Part shown: piece after piece, positions 16,078-31,754 of the stretch | Numbering within the stretch: the stretch's first letter is position 1 | Layout of the letters: each line of letters opens with the position of its first letter | NCBI GenBank assembly: GCA_964016885.1 | Contig: OZ024740.1 | Coordinates: forward strand, 355,136,001 to 355,200,000 | Direction: 5' to 3' | Origin: Eledone cirrhosa | Taxonomy: Eukaryota | DNA: 64,000 bases | Notes under the pieces: generated by a model | Seen by the model: the letters and a program-made list of their open reading frames with translations, nothing else | Database searches by the model: none | Told to the model about the DNA's origin: nothing | Program-made: the position numbers and the translations under genes

Positions 16078-16078
<1 letters not shown>

Positions 16079-16706
16079 TGTTATACTTGGGGAGGGTCAT
16101 ATTTGTGTAATATTGCCAGAATTAATAACAGAATACACTCACTGTTTGGTTGGTTTTCGCTTTTCGCTTCTGTGTCTTTTATATCGGTAATCTAATTTAT
16201 TCGGTCCTCAATGTTGCCATTGACTGACCAACGGTCAAAAATAATACAGATACAATATAGACACAAACACATATATATAGTTTATCAAAGTTCTTTCGTT
16301 GCACATCTGCAATATCGTCAGTGGTGCTATTGTTTCCTCCCGTTACATTGTATTTTCTACGCCATCTTTATTTAGTCTGTTTATATATTTATTTATTTGT
16401 TTATTTTATTTTGTCTTCTTTGCGCATGCGTTTGCGTGTGTGTATAGTGTTTTGTTTGATGTGTGTTCGTGATTGGATGACTGTATTGGTTAATGTATTC
16501 TATCTTTACTAGTGTGTGTTTATATGTTGTTATTGTGCTTGTGTATGTATTATTTATCTACTTATTTATTTATTTATACTTCTCTTAGGTCAGTGTTGTT
16601 TGTTATTCCATTCATTCTTTCTGTTTAGACTTGGCCTTCTAAGTTCTATTTCACTGGCCTCTCTGATGTGCCTATCTGCTGGGTCATTTCTATGTTTAGA
16701 TATTAT

Positions 16707-16710
<4 letters not shown>
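16078..16710 (-). mobile_element. pLTR/non-autonomous relative of the 43-kb PLE (family E) with HHR
   Basis: Shares TTGTTATACTT..GGGAGGGTCAT and TGCGCATGCG with 42994-43282. Minus-strand HHR at 16284-16325: CTGACGA-TTGCA gatg TGCAA-c GAAAG aa CTT. Confidence 0.75.
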
Positions 16711-16787
<77 letters not shown>

Positions 16788-16788
16788 C

Positions 16789-16851
<63 letters not shown>

Positions 16852-16882
16852 TATACATATATATATACATATATATTTATAA

Positions 16883-17054
<172 letters not shown>

Positions 17055-17183
17055 CATATATATATATATACATATACATATATATATATATACATATACA
17101 TATACATATATATATACATATATATATATATATACATATATATATACACATATATATATACATATATATATATATACATATAC

Positions 17184-17222
<39 letters not shown>

Positions 17223-17297
17223 TATATACATACATATATATATACATATATACATATATATATATACATATATATATATACATACATATATATATAT

Positions 17298-17328
<31 letters not shown>

Positions 17329-17395
17329 TACATATATATATACATATATATATACGTATATATATACATATATATATACATATATATATATATAC

Positions 17396-17440
<45 letters not shown>

Positions 17441-17587
17441 CATATATATATATATACATATATATATACATATATATATACATATATATATATACATATA
17501 TATATATATACTTATATATATATACATACATATATATATATACATACATATATATATATACATACATATATATACATGTATATATAC

Positions 17588-17618
<31 letters not shown>

Positions 17619-17932
17619 CATACATATATATTTATATATACATACATATATATATATACATATATATATACACATAAATATACATATATATATATATATA
17701 TATATACATACATATATATACATATATATATATACATACATACATATATATATACATATATATATACATACATATTTCTTTTCTTTTACAACCTTGCCAC
17801 CAGGAAGGTGGCCGGTCAAAAAAAATATACTCGAAATTAAGAGAAAGAGAAAACATATATATATATATACATATATATATATACATATATATATATACAT
17901 ATATATATATATACATATATATATATACATAC

Positions 17933-17963
<31 letters not shown>

Positions 17964-18318
17964 CATACATACATATATATATACATATATATATATACAT
18001 ACATATTTATATATATACATATATCTATATACATATATACACACATATATCTATATACATATATATATATACATATATATAAATACATATATCTATATAC
18101 ATATATCTATATACATATACATATACATATATCTATATATATACATATATATACATATATATATACATATATATATATACATATATATATACATATATAT
18201 ATATATACATACATATATATATACATATATATATATACATACATATATATACATATATATACATATATATATACATACATATATATATATACATATATAT
18301 ATACACATATATATATAC

Positions 18319-18349
<31 letters not shown>

Positions 18350-18561
18350 CATACATATATACATACATATATATATATACATATATATATATACATACAT
18401 ATATATATATACATATATATATACATATATATATATACATATATACATATATATATACATATATATATATATACATTTTTTATATACATATAAATATATA
18501 GATATATATATACATATATATAAACATATATATATATGTATCTATATATATACGTATGTAT

Positions 18562-21470
18562 AGGCGAAGTCCGTAGACTAGGTTGGAGGAGGTGCAGCGG
18601 AAGGCATGCCGGACAGAGAGAGAGTGGCCGTTGGGACCCTGGAAGGTGGTGGTGTTGGTGATGTGGGGACAGGTGTTGCAGCGGGGCCTAGAACAGGGAG
18701 AGGAACCGGAGGGGGGGGGACAGAGCGTGGGTTGGGGGTGCGGAGATTGCGTGCGCGTTTGAAGGAGGGGAGTGGTGGGGTTGGGAAGATGTGGGAGGTG
18801 GAGGGGTCGGACTGGAGGCGTCGGAAGAGGTGGCGGATGGTGCGGTGGAGGGGTAAGGTGGAGGGGTGGTAGGTGATGGGGAAGGGGAGACGGTGGGTGG
18901 GTGTGCGGTGGCGTGGGGTGAGGGTGGTGGAGCGGTGGACAACACGGGCGCGGGTGAGAGCGGTGTGGACGAGAGAGGCGGGGGGGGGGGGGTAACCTCT
19001 GCGGATGAAATGGCTGACTAGGGAAAGGGCCTGGGACTTGAAGTCAGCATCTCGGCTACAGAGGCGGCGGATCCTGAGGAGTTGGGAGTAGGGAATAGAG
19101 TGTTTAGTGTGTGTGGGGTGGGAAGAGGTGAAGTCGAGGTAAGAGTGGGAGTCGGTGGGTTTGAAGAAGGCGGAGGTGACGAGGGAGTGGTGGGAGGGGT
19201 CGAAGGCGACGGAGATGTCTAAGAAGTGGACGTGAGTGGTGGAGATAGAGGTGGTGAAGTGGAGGGAGGGGTGGAAGGAGCAGAAGAAGGAGAGAAAGTA
19301 GTCGAGCTGTTCTCGGGTGAGGGTCGTGGCTCCGATACAGTCGTCAATGTAACGACCGTACAGTTCGGGCGTGGGGCCGGTGTACTGGGCAAAGATTTGG
19401 GCCTCAACATGGCCAACAAAAAGGTTGGCATAGTTCGGGCCCATTCTTGTACCTATGTATACCCTCGTGACCTGTTGGTAAAACTCACCCGAGAAGGAGA
19501 AACAATTGAGGGTGAGGACCAGCTCGGCGAGGCGAGGGAGGCTGGGGGTGGAGGGAATGGGGGGGGGGATGAAGGTCGAGGTAGTGTTTGAGAGCGCGTA
19601 GGCCGTCGGCGTGGGGGATGACGGTATAGAGGGACTTGATGTCTAGGGTGAAGAAGGTCTGTAGGCCAGGTGGGTAGGTGAAGGAGTCGAAAAGGCGCAG
19701 GGCGTGGTTGGTGTCGGAGATGTGGGAGGGGAGGGTGGTGACAAGGGGGGCGAGGATGGAGTCGAGAAAGGCGGAGATGAGTTCGGTGGGGCAGTTGCAA
19801 GCGGAGACGATGGGGCGGCCGGGGTTGACGGGTTTGTGGAGTTTGGGGAGGAAGTAGATGGTGGGTGTGCGGGGGGTGCGGACGATGAGGTGGGAGGCGG
19901 GGGTGGGGTGGGGGGAGGCGATAAGGTCTTGGATGGTAGAGGAGACTTGTTGTTGGTAGAGCGGCGTGGGATCGGAGGGTAGAGGGCGGTAGAAGAGGGG
20001 GTTACAGAGCTGCCTGAGGGCTTCGGCCGTGTAGAGGTCCGCGCGCCATACCACCACGGCGCCTCCCTTGTCCGCCGGTTTGATGATGATGTCATCTCGG
20101 CTACGGAGGGAGCGGAGAGCGAGGAGTTCGCCCCGTGAGATATTGTGCCGTTTGGAACGGTGGCGGAAGTCGAAACAATTTACTGCGCTACGGCTGGCAT
20201 CGACGAAGGCGTCCAGGGTGCTAAATTGCCCTGGGGCCGGCGTCCAAGAAGATGGTCGTCGGCCCAGGGCGAGAAACGGGTCTGGGGCGTCCGGAGCCGG
20301 TGGCGTTCGGCCGAAATGTGCCTGTAGCTTCGTGCGTCGCACAAATCGCTCGACTTCCGTTCGGGTGCGGAACTCGTCGATGTGCGGAGTGTGAGGTATG
20401 AAGCGAAGGCCTCTACTAAGGAGTGAGCGCTCAGGTGCGGAGAGGGGGAGGTCAGGGGGTATGGGGACAACAAGTGGTGGTGGTGGTGGGGGGGATTGGG
20501 TAGGGGGGGGTCGAGGGAGGGGTGGAGAGTGGTGGGCGTATGGGGATGGGCGGGTGGTGGTGGATGGGGGTGGTTGGGAGGAGTGAGTGTAGCTTGCGGG
20601 CTTTGGTGGAGCTGAGGAAGGAGAAGAGGTTGTGGTTGAGGTTTTGGATGAATGAGAGGATGGCTTGGGCGAGGAGGGGGTGGCAGGTGGAGTTAAGGCG
20701 GAGGAGGGTGGGGGATCAGTTGGTGGTCAAGTTGGCGGAGGGTGGAACGGGAGGCGCGGATGGAGTTGCGCATCAGGAGGCGTGAGGATCGGGTGAGGAT
20801 ACGTTGCGTGGAGGGGGAAGCGGCGGGGGAAGGGTGGAAGTGTAGACGGAAGCCGAGGGGGACAAGGTGGAGGCGGAGGCAGTGGCTGAGGAAATGGATG
20901 TGGCTGGAGTGCCGGGTTTTGGCGAAGAGAAGGTAGGAGAGTTGGAGGGCATAAGGGAGATAGCAGGGTGGGAGGAGGGGGTGAGGAAAAGTTTGAGGCG
21001 ATTATGTAGTTGGTGGAGAAAGGATCTCAGGCTGGGCATGGTGGGCGTTGGGTGAAAGCAGGGGGAGGGATGAGAAAGCAGAGGTGTGAAGCGGGGTGGA
21101 GTGAACGAAGGAGTGAGTGCGAAGGATAGGCAGAGACGGGGGTGGAGAAAATGAAACAGAAAAACGTAAGGAGGGGGGAGTATACACAGGAAAATTAAAG
21201 ACAAAAAATCATAAAGGTAAAAACACAGGCATTCGTGAACAAAAAATCATAGAAATAAAATTGTAAGAACACAGGCAAAGAATCATATACGGAAATAAAC
21301 AAGTACAGTAACAAAATCAAACAAAGGTAATGCGTGGAAGGAAAGACCAAGTGTCGGAAGGTGTGTAAAGTTCGGAGAATGGTCACGACGAATTACATCG
21401 GGGTTGAGCCGGTAGTTAAGTTATGTTCCAAATGAATGGAAGCCGTGTGAGCGTGTATTATATATAATGG
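18562..21470 (-). mobile_element. Penelope-like element (Neptune-like), frameshifted RT, truncated within the endonuclease
   Basis: Motifs IIIKPADKGGAVVV, YFLPKLHK..PGRPIVS, FTLDIKSLYT.IPH, MGPNYANLF, RYIDD, FLDI, KPTDSHSYL..SSHP...SIPYSQLLRIRRLCS. The coding strand is extremely C-rich. Confidence 0.92.
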
Positions 21471-21767
21471 AAAAATTTGAACAGGAACAAAACAGAGATA
21501 CATACATATTTATATATATACATATATCTATATACATATATATATACACATATATCTATATACATATATATATATACATATATATATACATATATATATA
21601 TACATATATCTAAATATATATATCTATATACATATACATATACATATATCTATATATGAACATATATATACATATATATATACATATATATATATACATA
21701 TATATATACATATATATATATATATACATACACATATATATATATATACTTACACATATATATATAC

Positions 21768-21836
<69 letters not shown>

Positions 21837-22193
21837 TATATACATACATATATATATACATACATATAAATATATACATATATATACACATATATATATA
21901 CATATATATATATATACATACATATATATATATACATACATATATATATATACATATATATATATACATACATATATATATATACATATACATATATACA
22001 TACATACATATATATATATACATATATATATATACATACATATTTATATATATACATATCTATATACATATATATATATACACATATATCTATATACATA
22101 TATATATACATATATATATATACATATATATATACATATATCTATATACATATATCTATATACATATACATATACATATATATATCTATCTAT

Positions 22194-23053
22194 CTAAGGC
22201 GGGTAAAATTCCCGAGATCCATGGACGAGTTCTCTCCAGCGGTCTCTGTCCATCATTATCGCTGCCATATCCTGCATCTCCAACAGACCAGTGTCTGTCC
22301 TTAGGACATCAACATATGTTAACCTTGGTCTTCCTCTTCTAGTGTGTCCATGTAGGGGCTCCCAAAGGAGCACTGAGTGCAATGTCAACTCTGGATGTCG
22401 GTGAGCATGTCCAGCCAACCTCAGTCTCCTCTGTGTCACTTTTGAGCTGACTTTTGGGATGCTCCCATACAGCTCTGAGATTTTCATCCTCAGTGTATAC
22501 TGATTAATGTTCAGAGCCATCCTCAGCATTCTCGTGTAGCACCCATCCACCATCGTAGTGGACTATTGTATGCGCCTTGCAATGGAGAAACACCAGGACT
22601 CTGGCTTTACTGTAGCACCGGCTCAGAGCAGGAGAGTTGGGGCGAAAAAGGTATCGGATGCTGAATTTGCCGACGACATAGTTTTGGTGACAAATACAGT
22701 GAAGGAGGCAGAGGATTTGATGCGGGAGGTTGAGACTGTGTCGATGAGTGTGGGGCTGAGAATGAATGAGACTAAAACAAAATATCTGGTAGAGAATGTT
22801 GAGAAGCCAGAGGGGATCACTAATGTAGGCGGGAAGCCGCTGGAATTGGTTGAGGACTTCCTGTATTTGGGAGCAAAGATTGGGAATAGGGAGGATGATG
22901 TGGTTGAGAGGAAGAGCAAGGCCTGGGCGGCGTGTCACAGCTTGAGATCGGTGTGGAAGTCGGACCTTCGTAGAGACCTGAAAATCCGCCTCTTCATTGC
23001 TGTAGTGGAGTCTGTGCTGCTGAATGGGTCTGAGACTTGGACACTGACCAAGA
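22194..23053. mobile_element. 5'-truncated RTE-clade LINE with an internal inversion
   Basis: 22556-23053 (+) encodes EFADD...DFLYLG...[12 protein letters not shown]. 22553-22194 (-) encodes the next segment DGCYTRMLR...RRLRLAGH...RGRP...DRDRW...stop. Confidence 0.9.
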
Positions 23054-23368
23054 AACATATATCTATATATATACATATATATATACATATATATATACAT
23101 ATATATATATACATATATATATATACATATATATATACATGTATCTATATATATACATATATATACATATATATATACATATATATATATATACATATAT
23201 ACATACATATATATATACATATATATATACATACATATATATATCTATATATATACATATATATATACATACATATATATATACATATATATATACATAC
23301 ACATATATATACATATATCTATATATATATACATATATATATATACATATATATATACATATATATAT

Positions 23369-23413
<45 letters not shown>

Positions 23414-23559
23414 TATACATACATATATATATACATATATATATACATATATATATAGATATATATATACATATATATATACATATATATATGCTATATA
23501 TATATACATATATATATATACATATATATATACATATATATATATACATATATATATAC

Positions 23560-23607
<48 letters not shown>

Positions 23608-23706
23608 ATATACATATATATATATATACATATATATATATATTATATATATATATACATGTATATGTATACATATATATATATATATACATATATATAC
23701 ATTTAC

Positions 23707-23739
<33 letters not shown>

Positions 23740-23808
23740 CATACATATATATATACATATACATATATACATACATATACATATATATATATACATATAC
23801 ATATATAC

Positions 23809-23859
<51 letters not shown>

Positions 23860-23995
23860 CATATATACATATATATACATATATATACATATATATATAT
23901 ACATAATATACATATATATATAACATATATATACATTTATATACATATATATATATATACATATATATATATATGTATATAAATGTATATATATG

Positions 23996-24060
<65 letters not shown>

Positions 24061-25077
24061 TTATATACATATATATATATACATATATATATACACACAC
24101 ATATATATATATATATACACACATATATATATACATATATATACACATATATGTATATATATACATATATATACACACACACATATATATATACATTATA
24201 CACACATATATATATATACATATATATACACATATATATATACATATATATATATACATATATATACACATATATATATATATTATACATATATATACAT
24301 ATTTATATATATATATACATATATATATATACACACATATATATACATATATAAATACACATATATACACATATATATATATACATACATATATATGACA
24401 TATATATATATACATATATATATATATACATATATATATACACACATATATGTATACATATATATGTATACACATATATATATATACATATATATATATA
24501 CATATATATATACATATATATACATATATATATACACATATATATACACATATATATACACATATATATACACATATATATATACACATATATACATTTA
24601 TCTATATATATACATATATATACATATATATATACATATATATATATACATATATACATACATATATATATACATATATATATACATACATATATACATC
24701 TATATATATACATATATATATATATACATATATATATATATTATATATATATATACATGTATATGTATACATATATATATATATACATATATATACATTT
24801 ACATTTATATACATATATATATATATATATATACATACATATATATATACATATACATATATACATACATATACATATATATATATACATATACATATAT
24901 ACATATATATACATATATATATATACATATATATATATACATATATACATATATATACATATATATACATATATATATATACATATATATACATATATAT
25001 ATATACATATATATACATTTATATACATATATATATATATACATATATATATATATGTATATAAATGTATATATATG

Positions 25078-25124
<47 letters not shown>

Positions 25125-25874
25125 TTATATACATATATATATATACATATATATATACACACACATATATATATATATACACACACATATATATATACAT
25201 ATATATACACATATATGTATATATATACATATATATACACACACATATATATATATACATTATACACACATATATATATATACATATATATACACATATA
25301 TATATATACATATATATATATACATATATATACACATATATATATATATATACATATATATACATATTTATATATATATATACATATATATATATACACA
25401 CATATATATACATATATAAATACACATATATACACATATATATATATACATACATATATATACATATATATATATACATATATATATATATACATATATA
25501 TATACACACATATATGTATACATATATATGTATACACATATATATATATACATATATATATATACATATATATATACATATATATACATATATATATACA
25601 CATATATATACACATATATATACACATATATATACACATATATATATACACATATATACATTTATCTATATATATACATATATATACATATATATATACA
25701 TATATATATATACATATATACATACATATATATATACATATATATATACATACATATATATATCTATATATATACATATATATATACATACATATATATA
25801 TACATATATATATACATACACATATATATACATATATCTATATATATATATATACATATATATATATACATATA

Positions 25875-28800
25875 TGGCAAAAGAACTGGAAAAAAACATT
25901 CGAGCTATCACCCAGCACCACCCTCCACTATCACCCCACTGCACAAACTCCCATTGCTGCCATTAACAAACAAACAAATTAACAACACACCAAAACAATT
26001 AAAACCATCCACTCTCGCCTCTACATTTTTGCTTAACGCCCAAGGCATCAGCCCTTCCACCAATACTCAAAAATGGAAGATCAAATTCCTGGAGGACTGG
26101 ATTGATGTCCATCCAAACCACATCCCTTTCTTCGTCCTCACTGAAACCCATCTCAGTAACCTCCACTTGGAAGCCGAGGTGAAAGTGAAGAATTTCAAAG
26201 CCATCCGTGCTGATCGCGCTGGCAGAAGAAAGGGCGGGACTGCCATTTATGTCCATAATTCTTTCTCAACAGAGGCTATGAACATATTCACTAATAGATA
26301 CTGTGAAGCAGTCACTGTATTCAGTCAAACCAACAACCTAATAGTAGTTGGGTTCTATAGGCCACCCCAAACGCCTGTACCATGCTTCAAGGAATGCCTC
26401 AACAGCATAAAGTGTTTCATCCAAGAGTGTCACCCTGACAACATCTTAATGATGGGGGACTTCAACCTCCCCGGAGTTGACTGGTCCACAAACAGCCTGC
26501 CACCAGGTTCTTCTGCCTCAACCTCTGACAGGGAAGCAGTGGAATCGCTTCTTGACTTCATGGATGATTTCTTCCTATCCCAACTGGTGCTCGAACCAAC
26601 GAGGTGCCACAAAAACGTCCTAGACTTAATTTTCAGCAATCACACTGACAATATCCACAATATTGCAGTGGAGAAAACTCTACTCTCTGATCATGACATG
26701 GTTCTCTGTGATCTGAGATTCCACCGTCCAATATACAAACCCAATGTCATCTCTCCTGTCCATCCGTTTGACGCTATGGATTTCCACAATGCAAACTGGG
26801 AAGCGATCAGTCATGATCTTGCACATGTCGACTGGTCCTTCACGCACACTCATACACCCACTAACATCAAAAAGTCCTGGCAGACATTTGTGGACACTGT
26901 TACAAACATATGTGCAACACACACCCCATTAAGAACTATAAACAAATCTAAGAGCAGAATCCCTAGAAATAGAAAAACGCTCATCAGAAAAATTAAGAGA
27001 ACGAACAAAAAAAATCAACAAGCTGAAATACTGTCAGCAGCAACACATCAACTTGACTGCCATTTCATCACTAGAGATTAAAAAACATAACCTCCAAAAC
27101 AACATAATGTCCCTCATCAACAATCAGAGAAGAGCTGAAGAGGCCTGGGCCATTGAGAAGATCAAACTCAATCCCAAAGTGTTCTTTTCATTTGCAAAAA
27201 AACACAAAATCACTGGCTCTACTGTTGGCCCTCTAATTGATGAAAATGGCACTCTTCAAGACAATGCTAAAACCATGGGTGAGATACTGCAGAAACAATA
27301 CTGCTCTGTTTTCAGCAATCCTGATATAGCCGATCTGGGCTGTATCGGCGATGTTACTCCCCATTACACCTACCTAGCAGTAGGTCCCGATAGGTTCCCT
27401 GCTTGTGTCTTGAAGGCGTGTCAACACCAACTTGCATCTCCTCTTGCCAATCTGTGGCGGAACTCACTGGATGCTGGATATGTGCCAGAAAACCTTCTAT
27501 CCCAGTCTGTTGTCCCAGTTTTCAAAAAGGGAAACAAATCCCTTGCCGTGAATTACCGTCCAATCTCACTCACCTCTCATATCATTAAGGTATTTGAGAG
27601 AGTGGTGAGATCGCGAATGACCCACTTCCTTGAGAGTAACAATATGCTGAACTCCAACCAGCATGGATTCCTTAATGGAATGGATTGCCTGACGCAGCTA
27701 CTGCATCACTTTGATGACATTTTGAGAGCCTTGGGAGAGGGTTCCAACACTGATGTTATCTACCTTGATTTCAGCAAGGCCTTTGACAGGGTTGATCATA
27801 ACATTCTACTGAGAAAGCTGTCCAATATTGGTGTCACTGGAAAGCTGCTGCAGTGAATCAAGAGCTTCCTGTCAAATAGAACCCAACATGTTGTAGTTGA
27901 AGGAGTCAAATCCAGCCCAGCCAAAGTCAGTAGTGGGGTCCCACAAGGCACTGTGTTGGGCCCACTTCTCTTCATCATCTATATTAATGACATCACTGAC
28001 ATCATCAAACACAGCAACATTAAAATTTTCGCTGATGATTCCAAGCTCCAAAAGGTCATCAATGGCGTGGATGACCGGATAAGCCTTCAGTCAGACCTAC
28101 TGGCTGTTACCCAATGGTCGGAAAAGAACAACATGTTACTGAACGAAGACAAATTCGAACTGATCCACTTTGGAAAAGAGGATGCTCTGAAACTCCCGTA
28201 CTCCCTTCCCTCCGGGGAAACTCTCGTGGCATCTAACAACATCAGTGACTTGGGAGTAACCGTGGACAGCAACATAAGCTGGGCCACGCATATAAGCAGC
28301 AAAGTTGACATGGCCCGCAGAATGTGTTCCTGGATCCTCAGAACCTTCCAGTCGAGAGATTCCCACACCATTATCCTTCTCTTCTCTACTTTTGCCCGAC
28401 CACACCTTGAATACTGTTGTCCACTGTGGTCTCCCCACACGAAACAAAGTATCATGAAACTTGAAGCTCCTCAAAGGGCAATCACGAAAAAGATAGATGG
28501 CATGTCAGACCTTGACTACTGGGGTCGACTAGAAAACCTGAAACTTTACTCACTCCAACGTCGCCGTGAGCGTTATATTATCTGCATGATGTGGAAAATG
28601 TTCCATCATCACTGCCCAAATGATGTTGGCATCGCCTTCAAGATACACCCAAGGCTTGGGCCCCGTGCTATCCGTCCCATTCAAAAATCTAAATCGCAAC
28701 TCATAACAACAATACGGCACAATTATTTCACCTCAATCGGCCCTGCTCTCTTCAACATCACACCAGGACACGTCAAAACAGAAACTGACCACACAAAATT

Positions 28801-29004
28801 CAAGAAGTCTTTGGACAAATTCCTCCAAGTTATCCCGGACAAACCACCCACACCCGGATATGTCTCCGCAAACAGTAATTCTCTTCTCGAATGGGCCATG
28901 GTGCCCAAATCCTGAATTGAAAGACTTCGCCAGGTGGTGCTATTAAGTTAGACATGGCCTGGGCCAATACTGGCCAAAACATTTCAAAGTTATTATTCAA
29001 AGTT
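25875..29004 (+). mobile_element. CR1-group LINE, ORF2 (APE endonuclease + RT) with a frameshift (~27010) and an in-frame TGA (27854)
   Basis: APE motifs NAQG, LTETHL, FYRPP, GDFN, LDL, SDH. RT motifs NYRPISLTS, QHGF, YLDFSKAFD, GVPQG.VLGP, FADD, DLGV, RPHLEY, SLQRRRER. Short tandem 3' tail (TTCAAAGTT). Confidence 0.93.
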
Positions 29005-29179
29005 ATATACATATATATATACATATATATGTACATATATATATACATATATATATATACATATATATACATATATATATACATATATATATATACATAT
29101 ATATATACACATATATACATACACATATATATATACATACATATATATATATATACATATATATATACATATATATACA

Positions 29180-29220
<41 letters not shown>

Positions 29221-29565
29221 ATACATATATATACATACATATATATATATACATATATATATACATATATATACATACATATATATATACATATATATAT
29301 ACATATATATACACATATATATACATATATATATATACATATATATATATACATATATACATATATATACATATACATATATATACATATACATTCATAC
29401 ATATATATATACATACATATACATACATATATATATATACATACATATACATACATATATATATATACATACATATATATACACATATATATATACACAT
29501 ATATACATATATATATATATACACATATATATACATATATATATATACACATATATACACATATA

Positions 29566-29599
<34 letters not shown>

Positions 29600-29692
29600 C
29601 ACATATATATATATATACATATATATACATATATATACATATATATACATATATATATATATATACATATATATACATACATATATATATAC

Positions 29693-29725
<33 letters not shown>

Positions 29726-29775
29726 CATACATATATATATATATATATATACATACATATATATATATACATACA

Positions 29776-30230
29776 TGGTGGCTGCCAACTCGTTTTCGAG
29801 TACGGCCACTACTTTATATCCATGTAGGAGAACCCCTACCGATGCGCTGAACGAGTGTGACTTTTTAGTCCAGCCAGCGACTTGAAAACTCTGGTACAAA
29901 CACTACACTTGTGACAATTATTGACACATAGTGCTGGGCCCATGGTACCATGTGAGGACAAGTGCAGAGAGATCTCCAGATATAAAGCAATGCCTGTGCC
30001 GTGAAGCTTTTATAGTGAGCAAAGGCACTGCACAAAGCCAGTCCCACTCTCTTAACCAAGATGATATTTACAAAAAAGAAGAACAAGTCAACATCATTGG
30101 ATACCATCAGGGTTGCAGGTGTTATATCAGAGTTTTCCTTCTCCTAGAATTCTGCCTTGACAAAGGCTAAGGGGTCATCTCTCCCGGTGATTTTGGATGG
30201 CCATTGACTCTTAAGAGCTCCTTTGCCCTT
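29776..30230 (-). mobile_element. Internally deleted (bipartite) RTE-derived retroposon
   Basis: The minus strand has GGAGAAGGAAAACTCTGA (resembling RTE 5'-UTR motifs), then a C2H2 C-terminus [25 protein letters not shown] (29913-29836) and a 3' stem-loop. A related 3' end lies at 30485-30528. Confidence 0.7.
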
Positions 30231-30353
30231 ATATATATACATACATATATATATATACATACATATATATATATATATATACATACATATATATATATAT
30301 ACATACATATATATATATATACATACATATATATATATATATATACATACATA

Positions 30354-30398
<45 letters not shown>

Positions 30399-30664
30399 AT
30401 ACATATATATATACATACATATATATATACATACATACATATATATATACATACATATATATATAAATACATACATATATATATGATGGCTGCCCCCTCG
30501 TTATCGAGTATGGCCATTGCACGAGGAGAAAAAAAAAAATATATATATATATATACATACATACATATATATATACATACATACATACATACATATATAT
30601 ATACATACATATATATATACATACATATATATATACATATATATACATATATACATATATATAC

Positions 30665-30727
<63 letters not shown>

Positions 30728-30734
30728 CATATAC

Positions 30735-30785
<51 letters not shown>

Positions 30786-30789
30786 TATA

Positions 30790-30983
30790 TTGGCAAACGG
30801 AATAGAAAATGCTGACAAATTGTTCACAGTTGAAAAATGGTTTAATTAGGAATAAAAGAGTATTAGTAATTGTATGGGTTAGTATTCAGTTGTGGTTTTA
30901 AGTTTTTAAGTTTTTACCGGTTGCGCATTTCTAAATGCTTTTCAAAAATAATTTTGAGACAGAGTGTCCGTGCTGTTTGCTCA
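30790..30983 (+). repeat. Unclassified dispersed repeat in (TA)n (longer copy at 37517-37942)
   Basis: Near-identical TGG(C/T)AAACGGAATAGAAAATGCTGAC...GCTGTTTGCTC in both locations. Confidence 0.8.
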
Positions 30984-30986
30984 TAC

Positions 30987-31037
<51 letters not shown>

Positions 31038-31080
31038 CATATATACATATATACATATATATATATATATCCATATATAC

Positions 31081-31111
<31 letters not shown>

Positions 31112-31128
31112 CACATATATATATATAT

Positions 31129-31241
<113 letters not shown>

Positions 31242-31249
31242 ATATATAT

Positions 31250-31726
<477 letters not shown>

Positions 31727-31754
31727 ATATACTTTTTTTTTTTTTTTTTTTCGT

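Noticed and set aside
27854-27856. In-frame TGA in both CR1-group LINEs (also 51138-51140) as recoding
   Set aside because: Both fall where Trp is expected, so single TGG->TGA transitions in decaying copies are the simpler explanation.
29776-29812. HDV-like or twister ribozyme at GGTGGCTG...CGGCCACT
   Set aside because: It is only a simple nested hairpin and is better explained as a LINE 3' stem-loop on the minus strand.
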